Below, one piece after another: positions 60,893-64,000 of a stretch of DNA of 64,000 bases; position 1 is the stretch's first letter; each line of letters starts with the position of its first letter. Made by a program: the position numbers and the translations under genes. The notes below the pieces were generated by a model, which saw only the letters and a program-made list of their open reading frames with translations, was not told the origin of the DNA and ran no database searches. Origin of the DNA: Marsupella aquatica. Its lineage: Eukaryota > Plantae > Marchantiophyta. The DNA lies in the NCBI GenBank assembly GCA_973895155.1, contig OZ316893.1, positions 2,438,430 through 2,502,429 of the forward strand, read 5' to 3'.

Positions 60893-62537
60893 AAGAAGCC
60901 GGAAGATATGGCGGTGCCGTGTTTCCCATCCTGAACGGGATCTGCTTTCGCGAGCGCGAGCGCGAGAGAGAGCTCTAGAGAGAGAGAGAGAGAGAGAGTC
61001 TGATCAGACCAGAACTGTTATGGCGTTGTGTAACGGTCCGCAATCGGGGGTCGCCCATGTCTCAATTTAATTAAAAACTAAACTCCCTAAAGATTCCTCC
61101 CTCCGATGTTTCGTAACGGTCCGCAATCCTCATCAGTCGCATGAGTAAAGCCTCCCACACGGAATGGAGTGATGAGTTTTCAATTGATTGATGAGGCCGT
61201 CAATTGGTTCATGGGGTACTGTGGATTGTGAACGGAGATGAGACGAGCCTTCCGAGGAGTTGAGCTCTCCTCCGTGGCTCCGTCCCTTGCTCGCAGAAGA
61301 AGACTGAAATAATAGTACAGTACGTCCTCAATCGCCGCTCTTGAGGATATGCTTCGCCGAGATTTGGGTGCAGACGGATTGATTCATGATGTGATTGAAT
61401 GGAATGGAATAATATGAGATGAGATGAGCTCCCCGTTCCTTCCTAGAATCCTAGCAGACGCCTGGACTTGTACGTCCCTCCTCAATCGCCGCTCTTGAGG
61501 ATGTCCTGCACCGAAATTGCGATTATTGGGGAGTTTTGGGGAGCAGGCAAAAGTTTTCTAATCGATCATCGCCGGGGTCTTTGGGGCACCAGAAATCCTG
61601 CAAACGAGCACGGATGATGACGTTAGTTTTCGAGGCTAGTACTGTCACCGAACAGAATACCATGATTTGTACTGCGAGTGAATTCAAAATAATGCAGACT
61701 GCAGCTGACGATGTGATCACTCAGAACTCTGCACCGAATGAAGCAGAGTATGATTGACATTTTTTTTATCAAATCCCATGTACTGCTCTGCAGAGTTTCT
61801 CAATCGATGAATGAGGTCTCGAGCCATCTGTACAGTAGGATGGATCTTGAAATTCACAACTTACTGAATTCTCTGGTCACTTGACTTTCAGAGAGATTTC
61901 AGAGCGAATTCAGAGCGAATTCAGATCAAATTCAGAGCAGCAATTGGTAAATTAAAGGAAGTCCTAGGCGTGCAGCTTAAATGTAGTCCTGCTGCTGCAG
62001 AGAATCAATTTTGACTTTCACTACTGAGATCGAAACCTTGATTGATTTGCCCATACAACAGCCTGCACTACAAAGTCACTGTACAATTTACTGCTTTGGC
62101 TCATGAGTCTTCTTTGTCAGGGGCAGCTACAATAGTGATGCTTTTCCTGTGACATCGCCCTCGTGAGAGTGTGCTTTAGGGCACTATTTCAGCAGCCCTT
62201 AGGGAGTTGATGGCATTATTTTTATTTCATCAGCCCTAAAGGAGTGGAGGCATTATTTGATCAGCCCTCAATAAGAAGTTGAGGCACGAAATGCAAGGTG
62301 GAAGGCCCCTCTAAAAATGAGGGCACTAATAGCAAGGTCAAAGGCTCTGCAGCCCATCCACTCCCAATTAGAAACCTGAGTGTTGCTTGAATGCACCAAT
62401 GAATGCATGAGGTGACAACCAGTCAGATCTTGCCCCAAGATTCATTGGAGTTTCTAGGGCTAACCTGTTTGAGGGCGAATACACTGCCTGAGAAGAGGAG
62501 GCAGGAAGAAAAAGGCAACAATGCTCTTATTTCTGGA

Positions 62538-63549
62538 TGTTAGGAGTTGCTTGGTACCACGATTGGGGTGTGGGTGAACTTAGTTATCTTTTACTGTACA
62601 TTTCCTTTCAAGATCACGAAAACATTGCTTGGTCCATCCAGGTACTTTAGTCAAAGACGGTGGTCCATCTGGGCATAGAAAGGTCAACTTTTTGTCATTG
62701 CTATCTGTCTTAAATTTTCCTTCTTCCCAGATAGTTATTTGGTCTCACTGGAGAACTTTCACTTTCCCCCCTTTTTCCTGTTTCCTTTTAGCACACAAGC
62801 CAGTGCCCAAGGAAGGGAAAGGATACCCCAGCCTCAGAATATGAAGTAGTTTTGAGCACATGTACACTGTTTATCTTAATTAGTATCATAACTTATTTAG
62901 TTTCCCTGCTTAAATAGTTTCACACACACTAATAAGGGTGTGATTACAAATCTCAAAAGAATATAAAAAGTAGGTTCCTTATTAGTCTCATATAGATTAA
63001 TAAAAAATGACACTAAGAAAAGAACCCTTGGTGTATTCCGAGTCTGAAAATGACAATTCCAGATCATAAGATGATGAATATGAACATGACAATTCAATCT
63101 GGATCTGGATGTAGAGTAGACTCGGATTGCAGTAGTACAAGCAATGCGTTTAGTCTATTGTACCTCATTCATTCTAGTTTTATTTTGATTGCAATCATAA
63201 TCTGCCTTTCAGTTCATCATACTTAATAAAGTTTGAATTTAAATTGACATTCATTTTTTAATTTTATATGCTCTTTCAAATACATATTACTACTGAAAAA
63301 TCTGTACTTTTCATATGTTACACACATTAATTCAGAGTTCATCACACACTGATTGTGTGTCACTAAAAATAATCTCACTTATCATCACATGTTATGACAC
63401 AGCACCATAGCCAATAGAAGATGCATCCAACAAGTAAGTCTCTTCATTGATCATGCACTCTTACATATATGATGGTGGATAGGTGGTTGTGTAACCGCTA
63501 TCCAGTCTATCCAACCCGGGTTAGCTTTTAACTCTTAACACTCCCCCTT
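62538..63549 (-). mobile_element. Probable copia-type 3' LTR (~1 kb) preceded by a polypurine tract
   Basis: On the minus strand, AAGGGGGAG (63549-63541) is immediately followed by TGTTAAGAG at 63540. Candidate far end ...CCTAACA at 62538. Internal TATA-like AT tract. The far boundary is tentative. Confidence 0.45.
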
Positions 63550-64000
63550 GGTTGATTGGGGTAGTGAAAAGAAATCAACCACAATTGGTGAAAGCTTAAC
63601 CTTATTAGGTTGGTCTGATTTAACATATGCTGGTTTGGTCTCCTTAAAACCCTCCCTGCTTTCTTCATGGAGGGAAAGAGTGCCAAAACCATACTTATGT
63701 TGGATGGCCAGGGTAAGTAAAGTGCATAAATTTGCCTATGGTGAGTGGCATAATGTAATCTAATATAAATAAAGATTCTTAGTTTAACTCTAAGTTTCAC
63801 TTAACTTGAGTTTGACTAGGTATTGTTCAGTATAATCATTTTCAGCTATATCGTAAAGTTGACTGCTTTTCAAAAACCCTAAAGACGATAACGCTATGTA
63901 ATCGTTACTACGTTGGTAGGGTCGATCGGGTATCCGGTTCTTTGAGGCATTCTTTGCCTAACGTTCTATGAAGCATACTTGGGCATGAGTTAAATCATGG

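Overview
Eukaryotic, plant-like genomic DNA with GT-AG introns, TATA/GA-rich promoters and nested transposon debris. The gene content suggests a non-seed land plant, possibly a liverwort (inference). Genes: (1) a multi-exon coiled-coil/acidic protein resembling the Arabidopsis At5g53020 'RNase P p38-related' family (5863-~10674, +); (2) two F-box/kelch paralogs with intronless CDSs (12653-13780 and 22786-23928, +), created by a ~4.3 kb tandem duplication that also copied the 3' exons of gene 1; (3) an intact two-exon processive GT2 glycan synthase (30446-27981, -) with bacterial/fungal architecture rather than plant CesA/Csl architecture, resembling the moss arabinoglucan synthase / ascomycete mixed-linkage glucan synthase clade, plus an inverted, pseudogenised duplicate (39400-41776, +); (4) a squalene epoxidase with an intronless CDS (51723-50053, -) and a uORF-rich leader. 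Mobile DNA includes a decayed CRE-type RT + restriction-like-endonuclease non-LTR retrotransposon split by a 286-bp TIR element with an 8-bp TSD, a head-to-tail non-autonomous Helitron dimer, a probable copia 3' LTR and several minisatellites. The non-canonical GT2 is the most interesting biology. All family assignments come from motif recognition by eye, not from database searches.
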